Below, one piece after another: positions 9,046 to 19,508 of a DNA stretch of 64,000 nt; within the stretch, counting starts at the first letter, position 1, and each line of letters begins with the position of its first letter. Under the pieces are notes generated by a model, which was given only the letters and a program-made list of their open reading frames with translations, made no database searches and was not told where the DNA came from. The position numbers and the translations under genes are program-made. This DNA is from a virus (Duplodnaviria; Caudoviricetes). The DNA lies in the IMG/VR virus record IMGVR_UViG_3300032093_000005, one strand, 5' to 3'.

Positions 9046-11472
9046 TTAAAAGTTTCCGATTACTTCTTCAAAATCAACACCAGTCTTGGTGGCAACAAAA
9101 TTCAGACCAATGAAGTTAATTGATCTTGCTGGTTTGACATAAATGTCCGCAACAAATTCATTATTATCAATCACAGCAGCAGTGTTATTTGTTTCATCAC
9201 AAATCACGACATAATCAAAAATACCTCTCTTAGATTGAATATCACGTAGGAAAGGTTCAATTGTATTTACAAAGTTTGTTCTTGTAATTTCATCATTAAA
9301 TTCAAAAAGTGCATCTTTCGCTGCTTGAGAAATTGCATCTTCAAGATAAACAAATAGACGACGGACGTTAATTCTATCAAATGCAGATGCTTTAGCAAGA
9401 CCAGTTTTATCACCAAAGAGAACAATTCCAGATCCAGGTGAGAAAATGACAGGATTAACTCTATTAGAATAAAGTCTGTCTCTTTGATTTTTTGATGGAT
9501 TATATGCTAACTTAACTGCATTTAAGATCGCACCTCTTGTTGTTCCTGCTGGCGAATACCATGCAAAATTATTAATGTCATTACGAGCACAAAGACCAGC
9601 AATATCGCCATTTAATGGAACATATCTGAATGTATTTGAGAATCTATCATACATGTACTTGTATCCACTATCAAATACAGCGTATGAAGAAGAGGAAACT
9701 GGTGCATAGAATTCTATTACTTTATCAGTAATATCTGTAGCAGAATAAATGTTTACTGCTGTATCTGTTGATGTATCTGTAAGTGCAGCACCTCTATATG
9801 GTGAAATAAATGCAATTGCATCTTTTCTTAACTCTGCAACAGAAATTAATTTGTTAGCAAGAGCCTGAGCAGTTGTAATATCATATGCAGCAGACCCCAT
9901 AAGGAGAAAATCTACCTTAAAGTTTTCTGTATTTTCAAAAAGATCATATCCATCAGAAAGTTCTGATAGTGATGCTGTTAAAGATCCAGTAGTTCCAATA
10001 CCTGCTTTTCGATTGTAATCTAAACCACCAGAAAGAACACTCGTTGAGGATCCTGTTGCTCCAAAAATAATACCATCAGTTTCTTGATTCCAGTCATTAT
10101 CAGATGCAAGAGTAAAACCAGAACTGTAACCAGTAGTTACAATACCTGATGGTTGATTTAATCCAAAAATGTATTGTGAATTATTTACTAGATATTTTCT
10201 CCAGTAAGATGGACTTCCTACAGAAAATTCTGCATCTTTTCCTTTTGAAAGTGATAAGTGCTTTTCAACAATTGTACCTGCATTACCAGTTACTGTTCCA
10301 AGAGCATCAATAACAACCACATGAACCTCATCAAATCTTGAGTTTCTTGCAGCAGCAAAAGCAGAAGTTCCAGGTCTTTGTGCAACAGTATTCCAATTAA
10401 TTGAAGATGATGTTGTTAACCCAATGGTTTGCTGATCAAACCAATCTCTACTCGCAGAATATGTTGTTGTTCCATATGCAACTGCCTGATCATTAGTATG
10501 AATACCAACAGTTCCAGAACTAGAAAATGCCCAAACACCTGATGGTTGATAATCTACTTGAGTCTCTGTTCCAGCAGCGGAAACATGAGAAAGAACTTTA
10601 ACATCAATTGTAGATGCTCCAACACCCGTAATTATACCTTTTAGATAACCATTTAAAATTGCTGTAGTGCCTATGCCAGGATTAACTCTACCTGCTACAG
10701 ACTGTTCGACTCCATAACCAATTTGAAGTGGAGCTGATGTAGTTGATGATATTCCAAACTGAATATTCAGTGTTAGTTGATCTACATTTAATGAAGTATT
10801 TGAAAATACAATTGTACTGACTCCTCGTTCTAATACAGTGGTATTTTCTGGGAAAATTCCACTAATTGCAGGAGTTCTTATAACTTGTCCAACACTAATA
10901 CCAGTTGTAGTAATACCTGTTACTCTATCAGTAGTGACTCCTAAGTTTGGTGTTTTAGTAGTTTGTACCGTAAAGGTTGCTACTTCACTAGTATTAATTC
11001 CGGTTAAAGTTTGATCTGCTTTACCATCAATAATTGCTACTCTTAAACCATTTGACCAAGAACCTGGATTTCGTGCTGCAACAACAACACCTGTAAGAGT
11101 ATTTTCATCATATTGTAGTGATTCATAATGATCTAAACTTTTAATTTTTACACTAGCAGCTGCACCCACAGTTGTTGGAACGAATCCATTTTTTAATTCT
11201 TGATCGTCCGATCTTACAACTCTAAGAGATCCACCATATGCAAGATATGACGAAGCAGTTAACCAATGCTCATAATGCTTATCAGTTGCATATGGTTCTC
11301 CAAAATTAATCAATAAATCATTTTCATTTTCTACTAAAGTTGGAGAGTCTACTGGTCCTTTTGCAAATGGTGCTACAATTGCACCAACTTTATTTGACGA
11401 AGGAGATACTCTTCCAAGTGTTAAATCAATTTCCTTTACTACAATTCCAGGAGATGCTAAATTTAGCGGCAT
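9046..11472 (-). CDS. gp18: tail sheath protein (gp18)
   Basis: SPGIVVKEIDL start, FDRINVRRLF, KPARSINFI.LNFVA C-terminus. Confidence 0.98.
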   Translation of the reverse strand: MPLNLASPGIVVKEIDLTLGRVSPSSNKVGAIVAPFAKGPVDSPTLVENENDLLINFGEPYATDKHYEHWLTASSYLAYGGSLRVVRSDDQELKNGFVPTTVGAAASVKIKSLDHYESLQYDENTLTGVVVAARNPGSWSNGLRVAIIDGKADQTLTGINTSEVATFTVQTTKTPNLGVTTDRVTGITTTGISVGQVIRTPAISGIFPENTTVLERGVSTIVFSNTSLNVDQLTLNIQFGISSTTSAPLQIGYGVEQSVAGRVNPGIGTTAILNGYLKGIITGVGASTIDVKVLSHVSAAGTETQVDYQPSGVWAFSSSGTVGIHTNDQAVAYGTTTYSASRDWFDQQTIGLTTSSSINWNTVAQRPGTSAFAAARNSRFDEVHVVVIDALGTVTGNAGTIVEKHLSLSKGKDAEFSVGSPSYWRKYLVNNSQYIFGLNQPSGIVTTGYSSGFTLASDNDWNQETDGIIFGATGSSTSVLSGGLDYNRKAGIGTTGSLTASLSELSDGYDLFENTENFKVDFLLMGSAAYDITTAQALANKLISVAELRKDAIAFISPYRGAALTDTSTDTAVNIYSATDITDKVIEFYAPVSSSSYAVFDSGYKYMYDRFSNTFRYVPLNGDIAGLCARNDINNFAWYSPAGTTRGAILNAVKLAYNPSKNQRDRLYSNRVNPVIFSPGSGIVLFGDKTGLAKASAFDRINVRRLFVYLEDAISQAAKDALFEFNDEITRTNFVNTIEPFLRDIQSKRGIFDYVVICDETNNTAAVIDNNEFVADIYVKPARSINFIGLNFVATKTGVDFEEVIGNF

Positions 11473-11556
11473 CTTTATTCTCCGTGCTATCCAGAATTAT
11501 TCTAGAAATATTTATGAAAACGGGTATTTACAATGGGAAAACGATGCATGAACACT

Positions 11557-11784
11557 TTACCAGTCAGGATATTCCCACTCAATTAAATATGGTTTTCTTT
11601 TTCTAGATTCTTGAACTCTTTTTATTGAACAATCTTTACATTCATACGAATATGATGATGAAATTGTATTATTTTTTCTAATTCTATAAAAACCATCTAT
11701 CAAATTTTTTCTTATTTTGCATGTTCTACATTTTCGTTCTGATAAAAATAAATGTTCTATTTCAAATTGATCATCTAAATCCAT
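11557..11784 (-). CDS. small Zn-finger protein
   Basis: CRTC...CKDC pair in 75 aa ORF abutting gp17. Confidence 0.7.
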   Translation of the reverse strand: MDLDDQFEIEHLFLSERKCRTCKIRKNLIDGFYRIRKNNTISSSYSYECKDCSIKRVQESRKRKPYLIEWEYPDW

Positions 11785-13482
11785 TTAATGATATTCCCAC
11801 ATATAAGAACGATCACCATATTCATCCACGTTCCAAACTTCAAGTGGATTATTTTCACTTTTTTGTCCAGCAAATATCCATCGATCTCCAGTCTCTTCAT
11901 CAATAGTAATGCCAAAATCATCTAACCCATCGGAAATAAATCCAAAAGGCGACATATCTTGTTCAATTTGATTTTTCTGCTCCTCATAAATTCTTTTACG
12001 AACATCATTATCCGTCATCTCTTTGAAATAATCTTGAGCAACCAACCAAGAGAAGATAACTAAACACATTGCCAAATCGTCATTACAACCTTCTTCTGCT
12101 TCAAAGGAATTGTGTTTCTGTGCAAATGTTGTAAGTTCTGAGATAATATCATAATCAACAGTTAATAACTTATCATCTTCCATTAAAGTTTTTAAGTTAG
12201 AGCACCCTAATTTTTTAACTGCTGCAGTAGTTCTCACACCAAGTTGAGATTTTTTACCACTAAATCCTGACCCTACAATTTGTCCAGCACGACCACGCAT
12301 TGCACACATAAGAACATTATCATATTCAAGATCAAAATGTAAAATATTTGCTACCTGATCTCCAATATCATTAACTTCAACTAACAACCAAGCATCATTA
12401 TAACCTTTTGCAACTTCATGAATAACGCTTGGAAATAGCATTGGTTTGATTTCATTGTTTCTATATTTTGCAACTACTTTATATGGAAAGTTAGTAATAT
12501 CAAAAACTATGAATGCTGAATAGTCATTACCCAAACCGCGAGCAACGTCAACTGTGATTAGATAATTATTTTCTTCTTTTGGATGTTCATAAACATCAAG
12601 ACCAGCATTTCTTTTAATTGGATTTTCATAGACAAGATTTCTCAGTTTTGCTGGATTGATTAGAGTATTAACCGATCCTAAAAATTCACATTCAAACTCA
12701 ACCTTAAACTGCTGTTCAGAAGTGTTAGCAATCGTCTGCTCCTTCCACGCAGCGTCCCTTCCGGGCACTTCAGACCAATGAACATCTGTGGGCACATATT
12801 CGTTCTTGCCGCGTTCAGCGTCATGCCACATACGGTAGAAGTGGTTCATACCGCGTGGTGTAGATACAATGATTACCTTCGTGCTTTGTCCAGAAGAAAT
12901 AGTAGGATAAACAGAGGCAAAGAAGTCATCAGCAATGTGATTCGGGATGAAAGCGAACTCGTCAAGAAAGATGACATTATAGGATCCGCCTCGGACAGCA
13001 GATGACGAAGTAGAGTTAGATGAAATTTTGGAGCCATTTTCTAGTTCTAAAGATCCTTTGTTCCAAGATATAATACCTTGTTGCATCCACTTGGGAAGGT
13101 TTTCATAAGCAAGTTGTAGTCTTCCAAGAAGGTCTCTTGCCGTGGATGCTTTGTTCGCTAGAATAGCTATATTAACGTTATCGTTGAATACGGCATAATG
13201 TAACAAATATGAAACACAAGTCGTAGATTTACCCGTCTGGCGAGGCATCTTACAGATATTAAATCTATTCTCGTGGAAGTTCTTTACAAGTTTCTCTTGA
13301 AATGGATACATCTCAAAAGGAACCAGACCGTGATCCAGAGAAACAATCTTAATATAATTTTTTGCGAAATATACAGGGTCTTCTTTACATTTTAAGAACT
13401 CGATGATTTGTTCTTCAGTAAATTGAATCTGTGTATTTGCTTTTTTTAAATTGGGGTTACCAAGATATACATTATCAGACAT
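11785..13482 (-). CDS. gp17: terminase large subunit (gp17)
   Basis: YLGNPNLK, RQTGKST Walker A, LDEFAF Walker B, VSTP, DDLAM nuclease motif. Confidence 0.99.
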   Translation of the reverse strand: MSDNVYLGNPNLKKANTQIQFTEEQIIEFLKCKEDPVYFAKNYIKIVSLDHGLVPFEMYPFQEKLVKNFHENRFNICKMPRQTGKSTTCVSYLLHYAVFNDNVNIAILANKASTARDLLGRLQLAYENLPKWMQQGIISWNKGSLELENGSKISSNSTSSSAVRGGSYNVIFLDEFAFIPNHIADDFFASVYPTISSGQSTKVIIVSTPRGMNHFYRMWHDAERGKNEYVPTDVHWSEVPGRDAAWKEQTIANTSEQQFKVEFECEFLGSVNTLINPAKLRNLVYENPIKRNAGLDVYEHPKEENNYLITVDVARGLGNDYSAFIVFDITNFPYKVVAKYRNNEIKPMLFPSVIHEVAKGYNDAWLLVEVNDIGDQVANILHFDLEYDNVLMCAMRGRAGQIVGSGFSGKKSQLGVRTTAAVKKLGCSNLKTLMEDDKLLTVDYDIISELTTFAQKHNSFEAEEGCNDDLAMCLVIFSWLVAQDYFKEMTDNDVRKRIYEEQKNQIEQDMSPFGFISDGLDDFGITIDEETGDRWIFAGQKSENNPLEVWNVDEYGDRSYMWEYH

Positions 13483-13489
13483 AATTTAT

Positions 13490-14764
13490 TTACCTCTGTT
13501 CAATCCAGTTCAGAACTGCAAGTGCCTTTTTACCAGTGTTGGGACTTGCACAAGCAAGAGTATAAGTATCACTAATTGTTCCAATACCACTTCTACCTAA
13601 CTGAAGTGCTGCTTTAATATCGAGATCAACTAATGTTCCATTACCATCAATCACAAAACCACTCAAGAGATCACTTCCACCTGTTGTTGCAGTTTCAGTA
13701 ATATTGTACTGCATAAAAGAGTTTGGATCTGGATGATTTACCCAAGTTCCGCCAGTATTTGTTGCATTCAAAAGAAGTTTCCAATAAACATTGGTATTAT
13801 CGTTTGTTGCTGCCTGCAATGATCTCAAAAGCATTACACCAGTTAAACTACTAGACTTTAGACGAATACTTATAATTGGATAAAATATATCATTCGATGT
13901 CATCGTTGTCCCTGTGATGGGATTGGATATACTCAAAAGAGTTCCAAGTTTCTCTGGTTCTCCTTCCTGAATCAGAGAATTAGAACCCTGATACATGTAA
14001 TGAGTTCCTGCAACACCAGTTACATTTTCTATCTCAAGTCTAATAGGTAAGAATGGAGTAGAACACCACACTCCTGGATTTGTATTTGAGTTCTCAAAAG
14101 TATGGGATACAACAGTCTCATTCTTCATCAACCAAGCAAATTCTACAATGCCAGCACCATACCATTCATAATTGATTGAAATCATTTGTTGTTTTGTTGG
14201 ATCCGCAGTTACTCCAGTCCAACCATTACCATCAAACTTTTCACCATTCCAATCATCTCTGTATACTCTGGTTTCTGTAACAATTCCAGTTACACTACTG
14301 CGGAGCACATAAGAATATGTTCCTCCATCATCCTCAAAATAAACGCCATTATTTTCATCAAATAATCCAAATCTTCTACGAATACCTACCTGTGGATTAT
14401 CAAGACGAATTGCAAATGCAAGAGTTGCACCTCTACCAGGAATGTATCTCATCACATTCTTGGTTTGGCGAATGATTTTGCTTCCTGTAGTGGAACCAAC
14501 TTGCATCACTACATTACTAGATGCTACATTATGAGTTGCAGTTGCTATTCCAACTATTCTTTCATCCCATACATCAGTTTCTTTACCATACTGGAAAGTG
14601 TTGAAGAAGACTGTTTGGAATGGAGCAATTTTGAGACGATTGTTATTGGTGAATTGAGGTCTCCAGTCTGTCTGGTTTCCCCAGTGATCTGCGATCATAT
14701 TTACTTCAAAAAGAGTTCTTTCTTGATCTAAGAAGTCTTGTGTTTTCTTATTCCACTGTGCCAT
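13490..14764 (-). CDS. hypothetical, probable virion structural beta-sandwich protein
   Basis: 424 aa beta-rich ORF between gp16 and gp17; late gene context. Confidence 0.65.
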   Translation of the reverse strand: MAQWNKKTQDFLDQERTLFEVNMIADHWGNQTDWRPQFTNNNRLKIAPFQTVFFNTFQYGKETDVWDERIVGIATATHNVASSNVVMQVGSTTGSKIIRQTKNVMRYIPGRGATLAFAIRLDNPQVGIRRRFGLFDENNGVYFEDDGGTYSYVLRSSVTGIVTETRVYRDDWNGEKFDGNGWTGVTADPTKQQMISINYEWYGAGIVEFAWLMKNETVVSHTFENSNTNPGVWCSTPFLPIRLEIENVTGVAGTHYMYQGSNSLIQEGEPEKLGTLLSISNPITGTTMTSNDIFYPIISIRLKSSSLTGVMLLRSLQAATNDNTNVYWKLLLNATNTGGTWVNHPDPNSFMQYNITETATTGGSDLLSGFVIDGNGTLVDLDIKAALQLGRSGIGTISDTYTLACASPNTGKKALAVLNWIEQR

Positions 14765-14767
14765 TAA

Positions 14768-15082
14768 TCAATCACTCCAGGTTAAACTTTCTGGTCTATA
14801 TCTTTGTGCATTTTTAATCTTTAAGGAATTGTTTGTTGATGGATAAATGTTGTGAACAATTGCTCCAGGATATTCACCCTGCAATTGTTCAGCAAGTGCA
14901 TTTTTATCCATCATCTTACCTTCAACTTCCATACGATATAATTTTCCTTGCCAAACAACATCGGCAAGAAAAGATTCACCAACTGGTTCTGACTGTGATT
15001 CAGAACTATTTACATAGAGATTTCCATTGAAGTCTCCTGCAATATTTACGCTTTCTGAAAGAAACTCTTTGAATGATTTCAT
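14768..15082 (-). CDS. hypothetical with T4 internal-protein-like capsid targeting leader
   Basis: Starts MKSFKEFLSE, similar to T4 IP leader MKTYQEFIAE. Confidence 0.65.
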   Translation of the reverse strand: MKSFKEFLSESVNIAGDFNGNLYVNSSESQSEPVGESFLADVVWQGKLYRMEVEGKMMDKNALAEQLQGEYPGAIVHNIYPSTNNSLKIKNAQRYRPESLTWSD

Positions 15083-15083
15083 T

Positions 15084-16883
15084 TTAGTTACAGTTCCAAC
15101 GACGGAGTGCTTTGTTGATTCTTGAATCTGGGTCTCTTGCAGTTTTTGCTGAAGTAAGTTTTGAACGCATTCCTTTCATACGACTACAAAAATTCTTACG
15201 TCTTTTTGCTCTTTTACCTTTTGGTTTTTTTTCAGTTACTGCGGTTTGAAGTTTAGAACCTGGATTTTCTTTGCGATAAGCATTAACTGCTGCTTGACTT
15301 AATCCATCAGTTTTATCTTTACGATTTACTGATTGCCAATCTTCCGATAATCCAAAATCTGCTCTCCAATTAGAAAACTCTTCCGCCTTAACACAGTTTG
15401 GATGTCTCTTTCCAAACATTGTTTTCATTCCTTTCTTTTTATAACCAGGCCAACACTTCTCATCAATTACTTCACCTTTTGGTTCATAATGTGCAACTTG
15501 TACCTTTGTTTCTTTTTTTGCTAGTGGAAGTTGTGGTCCAGTTCTTTTTAAGAAAATTTCCTTTTCATATGGATTGTCTGTACTGGATCCTTTATTATAA
15601 AGTTTTTGTCTTTTTTGCAAATCCTTATGCTTTTGTGGATCAATAGGTGGAAGCATTTGCTCTTTCATTTCTCCACTGTCAACATAATCTGCAGCAGAAT
15701 CTAAGTAGTCTGCTGCTTTAGTAATTTTTGATTGTACCCATGCTTCAATATTACCTTCACCATTCTTCATTTTTTTGCGAAGTCTTTTTGCCGCAGAAAT
15801 AATTGTAGAAATTTCTGATCGAGCCATTGAATACTCATGATCATATCCTTCTGGCATATTTCCAGGATGTGGTGTATTTGGAGTGTATTTTTTACCTAAA
15901 CCGATTGGAAGAGAATACATATCCCAGTAATTTTTACCATACTTGCACTCATCACGAGTTTCATCCTTTTGACATTTTGGGCAATATCTAATCATTTGAG
16001 CCTCCTCTGATTTAGTTCCCCAATTAGAAGCACCAACTTTACGACACTTGACCAGTGCTCCAGATGCATATGCACTTGGCCAGACATCATATCTTGCTTT
16101 AACTTTGTGATAACAAGCATCTTTGGAACCACTACCTTTTCCTGGTTTATCTTTTTGTGCTTCGTTAAGTTCCATTGCTTCTTTAATTCCTGGTTCTGCT
16201 TTTACGTAATTTGGATCTTTTTTACCCTTAGCAAAAGTTGGAACATTAGTTGGTGCCATCGCTCCAGATTTTGCTTGTTGCCCCTTATCTTTCTGTCTTT
16301 TTCTACGAATTGCTGATCTAATTAACGATTTTCCTTTTTTACCCTTTTTCTTCAATGATCTCAATCTGGCGCTACTAAAACATTTAGGTGTTTTAGTTTC
16401 TCCAGGTTCATTAGCACAGGGTGAACCATCTGCTTGAACCCATCCAGGTTTTCCACCTTTCGATTTTGAACCTCTGAACCAATGATGAAGAGTTCCTTCA
16501 GAAACAGAAACATCTTTGAACTTTTTATGTTCTTTCTTTGCTTTTGCTTCCATCTTTTTCAAGCGAGTATAATAATCGGGAATCTCATCTAAATGTTGAA
16601 GAGCAATATCAATTGCAAGGTCTTTGTCTTTTGTGTGTTCATGCTCAATAGGAACTCCCATTTTGAGTTGATTTTTTATAAAAGAAACTTCCATACGATG
16701 TTTCTTTGCAATTTGTTCAACTGTTTTATGAGACTTAACTTCATGCATTTCACTAAATGGTGATTTTGATTTAATATCTTCACCCTTTGCTCTTTTTTTA
16801 CGAGCAGCACAATGAGATTTCTGTGAGAATCCACTGGGATTCTCACAGTTTATTGATCGTTTATATTTGTCAGACCAACTCAT
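15084..16883 (-). CDS. modular basic protein containing a DUF5661-like segment
   Basis: EHEHT...IALQHLDEIPDYYTRL motif; several Cys/Trp-containing basic modules; CTAAATA late promoter upstream. Confidence 0.7.
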   Translation of the reverse strand: MSWSDKYKRSINCENPSGFSQKSHCAARKKRAKGEDIKSKSPFSEMHEVKSHKTVEQIAKKHRMEVSFIKNQLKMGVPIEHEHTKDKDLAIDIALQHLDEIPDYYTRLKKMEAKAKKEHKKFKDVSVSEGTLHHWFRGSKSKGGKPGWVQADGSPCANEPGETKTPKCFSSARLRSLKKKGKKGKSLIRSAIRRKRQKDKGQQAKSGAMAPTNVPTFAKGKKDPNYVKAEPGIKEAMELNEAQKDKPGKGSGSKDACYHKVKARYDVWPSAYASGALVKCRKVGASNWGTKSEEAQMIRYCPKCQKDETRDECKYGKNYWDMYSLPIGLGKKYTPNTPHPGNMPEGYDHEYSMARSEISTIISAAKRLRKKMKNGEGNIEAWVQSKITKAADYLDSAADYVDSGEMKEQMLPPIDPQKHKDLQKRQKLYNKGSSTDNPYEKEIFLKRTGPQLPLAKKETKVQVAHYEPKGEVIDEKCWPGYKKKGMKTMFGKRHPNCVKAEEFSNWRADFGLSEDWQSVNRKDKTDGLSQAAVNAYRKENPGSKLQTAVTEKKPKGKRAKRRKNFCSRMKGMRSKLTSAKTARDPDSRINKALRRWNCN

Positions 16884-16894
16884 TGAAAAATAGA

Positions 16895-17317
16895 TTACTC
16901 TTTATTATTTAGAAAACCTTGTTTGAGTAATTTTGATAACTCAGATGTAGATCCCACAAAGATAGCATTATTTGTTGTATTATTTGTAGTTTTATTAGAA
17001 TCTTCCTCCACTTCTTTTAATTTCTTTTGCAAATCAATAAGTTTATCAGTAACATCACCTACACTTTTAATTAACTGTCCGGCAACTTCATATGCTCTTG
17101 GTGAACCTCCCTCACCTGCAAGTTCCATGATGCCATTAATTGCTTCTTGACCTTTTTCAATTAATGAATAAAGATTTGCTCTTGTATATTCATAGTCCTT
17201 TTGTATATCATCAGGTTTAATAGGAGTTACACTTAACTCTTCTTTAACTTTTTCTACTTCTACAATACTACTCTCAATGTTTAGAGAAGAATTCAAACCG
17301 TCATAATTATTTTTCAT
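16895..17317 (-). CDS. gp16: terminase small subunit (gp16)
   Basis: DYEYTRANLY, PRAYEVAGQLIK, FVGST.EL.KLL. Confidence 0.95.
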   Translation of the reverse strand: MKNNYDGLNSSLNIESSIVEVEKVKEELSVTPIKPDDIQKDYEYTRANLYSLIEKGQEAINGIMELAGEGGSPRAYEVAGQLIKSVGDVTDKLIDLQKKLKEVEEDSNKTTNNTTNNAIFVGSTSELSKLLKQGFLNNKE

Positions 17318-17322
17318 AAAAC

Positions 17323-18117
17323 TTATATATCCTTTTGTTGTGTAGGACTATATTCTTTACCATCAAAGAACATATCTAAAGATTCCGTAAATCCAAAATC
17401 ATCATCAGGACTAGCAGTAATTGGATCTGGAACTACCGTGTATCTCATCTCCCTCTTTGCTGTTGTTTCTGTTCCAGTATAATAATCAACTTGAACCTTA
17501 CGAATTAATCCATCCGTACTATCGGCAATTGGTCCGAATAGATACGTTTTTGCAGTGAAATTAAAAGTGTAAATTAAAGTTCTTCTTGTGGAAAAATCAC
17601 CTTCATAGTCATCAGTAAAAGAAACACTATCTAAAACAACTGGAATATCCCTCTTTTCTCCAATGGAATCGACTAAATCTATTGTCAAATTAAATGCTGG
17701 TTGGAAGTATGGTAAAATTTGCTCAACCACTTGAAGGGCATCATCGTTTAATTTAGACATCAAATTTAGTTGAAATCCTATATTATATGGAACAGGTAAA
17801 AAAACTTTTTTTAAATTTGATCCATCTACAGCCTTAAAAGATTGAGTTATATTAGATTTTCTTGTAGAATCATATTGAATAGATGTCATTTCAAATGACA
17901 TTCGAGGTAGAGTAATTGCAATTGGTTTATTTAAATCTGCTTGCTGTTCTATTCTTGCTAGAAATTTTTGAATTGGACCATATGCTAAAGGAACTCTCAT
18001 CTCATTATAAACATCACCATCTCCATCCAGATGTTTAATATGAATTTGGTTAAAAAGAGTACCAAAAGCAATTATAGTTTTTCTGATAATTTGATGATAA
18101 TAATAAGTTCCTAACAT
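17323..18117 (-). CDS. gp15: tail sheath terminator (gp15)
   Basis: MLGTYYYH..IRK.IIAFGTLFN, VPLAYGP..KFLAR, LPRMSFE. Confidence 0.96.
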   Translation of the reverse strand: MLGTYYYHQIIRKTIIAFGTLFNQIHIKHLDGDGDVYNEMRVPLAYGPIQKFLARIEQQADLNKPIAITLPRMSFEMTSIQYDSTRKSNITQSFKAVDGSNLKKVFLPVPYNIGFQLNLMSKLNDDALQVVEQILPYFQPAFNLTIDLVDSIGEKRDIPVVLDSVSFTDDYEGDFSTRRTLIYTFNFTAKTYLFGPIADSTDGLIRKVQVDYYTGTETTAKREMRYTVVPDPITASPDDDFGFTESLDMFFDGKEYSPTQQKDI

Positions 18118-19508
18118 TAATAGTTACCAAATGGATTTGACTCTGAAAAATCGATAATTGAATCTGCTTCTATTTCAATTTGATCATTATCATCATATTT
18201 ATCTTCAAACTTTGCGTCATTTATTCTTTCTAGAGAATAAATAGCAGACGATCCTTGTCCTACAATAATATCTCCTGGTAAGAAAGTCCCATCAGTTGTA
18301 CCAACTTTAAGAATATTAGTATCTTTATTCCATGTTTTAACTCTTGCAGTTGCATTTGATATAGATCCAGTTACAACTTCATTGAAAATAAATGTTCCGA
18401 TTCCTGTTAAAATTGGAGGAGGTGAGATTGTTACTGATGAATTTGAGGTATAACCAATTCCGGCGTCATAAAGTAATATTTGAGAAACATTACCAACACT
18501 ACTAATTGATACTTTTCCGACTGCAGTTATAGCTAGACCTACAGTTGGTGCTCCAAATGTGATTGTGGGACTAGTTGGATATCCAATTCCACTATTACCT
18601 ATACTTACGGATGATATTCCAGCATAGTTTGAAACTAAAACGCAGGTTGCTGCAGCACCAACACCTACTCCCGTTATCGTTACTGATGGTGCTATAGTAT
18701 ATCCTGCTCCAGTATTTGTTAATAGAATCTCTTTAACTGAACAAACACCATTAATACACTGGGTTATAGCAACCGCAGATGCATTGACTCCTCCTGCAGG
18801 AGCTGAAGAAATTGCAACTGTTGGTATAGAAGTATATCCATGACCATCATTATTTAAAATAATTTTTCTAATATATCCAGTTGTTGTTATAGCAATACCA
18901 GTTGCTTGCACACCCAAAGAAATTAGTTTTAATGCTGTAATATATCCTCTATTTTCAAGAGTTGAATCTATTTCATCAACTGTTGTATTAAGATTATTCC
19001 AACCACCCATTTCATCTTCATATTCAAATAGTTCACATTTTAACTCATAAACATATAGTTTACCTAATTGATAAAAGGGATTTTCATGTTCTACAAACTT
19101 AACTTCAAATAGTCTTTGACCTAAAGGAAAATAAATTAAATCCCCTTCTCTTGGTCTAGAAGCAATTTCAATTTCTGGATCATTTGAGTCAAGAAACGGA
19201 GAAATAAAATCTTCAAATCTTTCTCTGGAAATGACTAAACTTACTTCATCTTTTAAATTCATTCCAAATTTTGTTAGAATGTCTCCCTGACCACTATAAC
19301 CATCATAATTATTAATGTATGCTTCAATTGCAAAATTGTCGTCAAATTTTGAAGCAGAAACTTCCTTTATAATAGTTTCTTTTCTAACAAATTTTCTTGG
19401 AATATAGATAACTTCAACTCCATAAATACGAAGTTGTTCATTTATCAACTCTTGAACTAATCTTTGTTCGTTAGGTGATCCTTGTAAAAAGAAGGGATTT
19501 AGTGCCAT
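18117..19508 (-). CDS. gp14: neck protein (gp14)
   Basis: MALNPFF, KFG....DE, RPREGDLIYFPL, LFEVKFVEHE.PFYQLG. Confidence 0.95.
   Translation of the reverse strand: MALNPFFLQGSPNEQRLVQELINEQLRIYGVEVIYIPRKFVRKETIIKEVSASKFDDNFAIEAYINNYDGYSGQGDILTKFGMNLKDEVSLVISRERFEDFISPFLDSNDPEIEIASRPREGDLIYFPLGQRLFEVKFVEHENPFYQLGKLYVYELKCELFEYEDEMGGWNNLNTTVDEIDSTLENRGYITALKLISLGVQATGIAITTTGYIRKIILNNDGHGYTSIPTVAISSAPAGGVNASAVAITQCINGVCSVKEILLTNTGAGYTIAPSVTITGVGVGAAATCVLVSNYAGISSVSIGNSGIGYPTSPTITFGAPTVGLAITAVGKVSISSVGNVSQILLYDAGIGYTSNSSVTISPPPILTGIGTFIFNEVVTGSISNATARVKTWNKDTNILKVGTTDGTFLPGDIIVGQGSSAIYSLERINDAKFEDKYDDNDQIEIEADSIIDFSESNPFGNY

Noticed and set aside
12720-13300. Locally higher GC in gp17 suggesting a recombinant patch
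   Set aside because: Impression only, cannot be quantified by eye; codon bias in a conserved ATPase is a sufficient explanation
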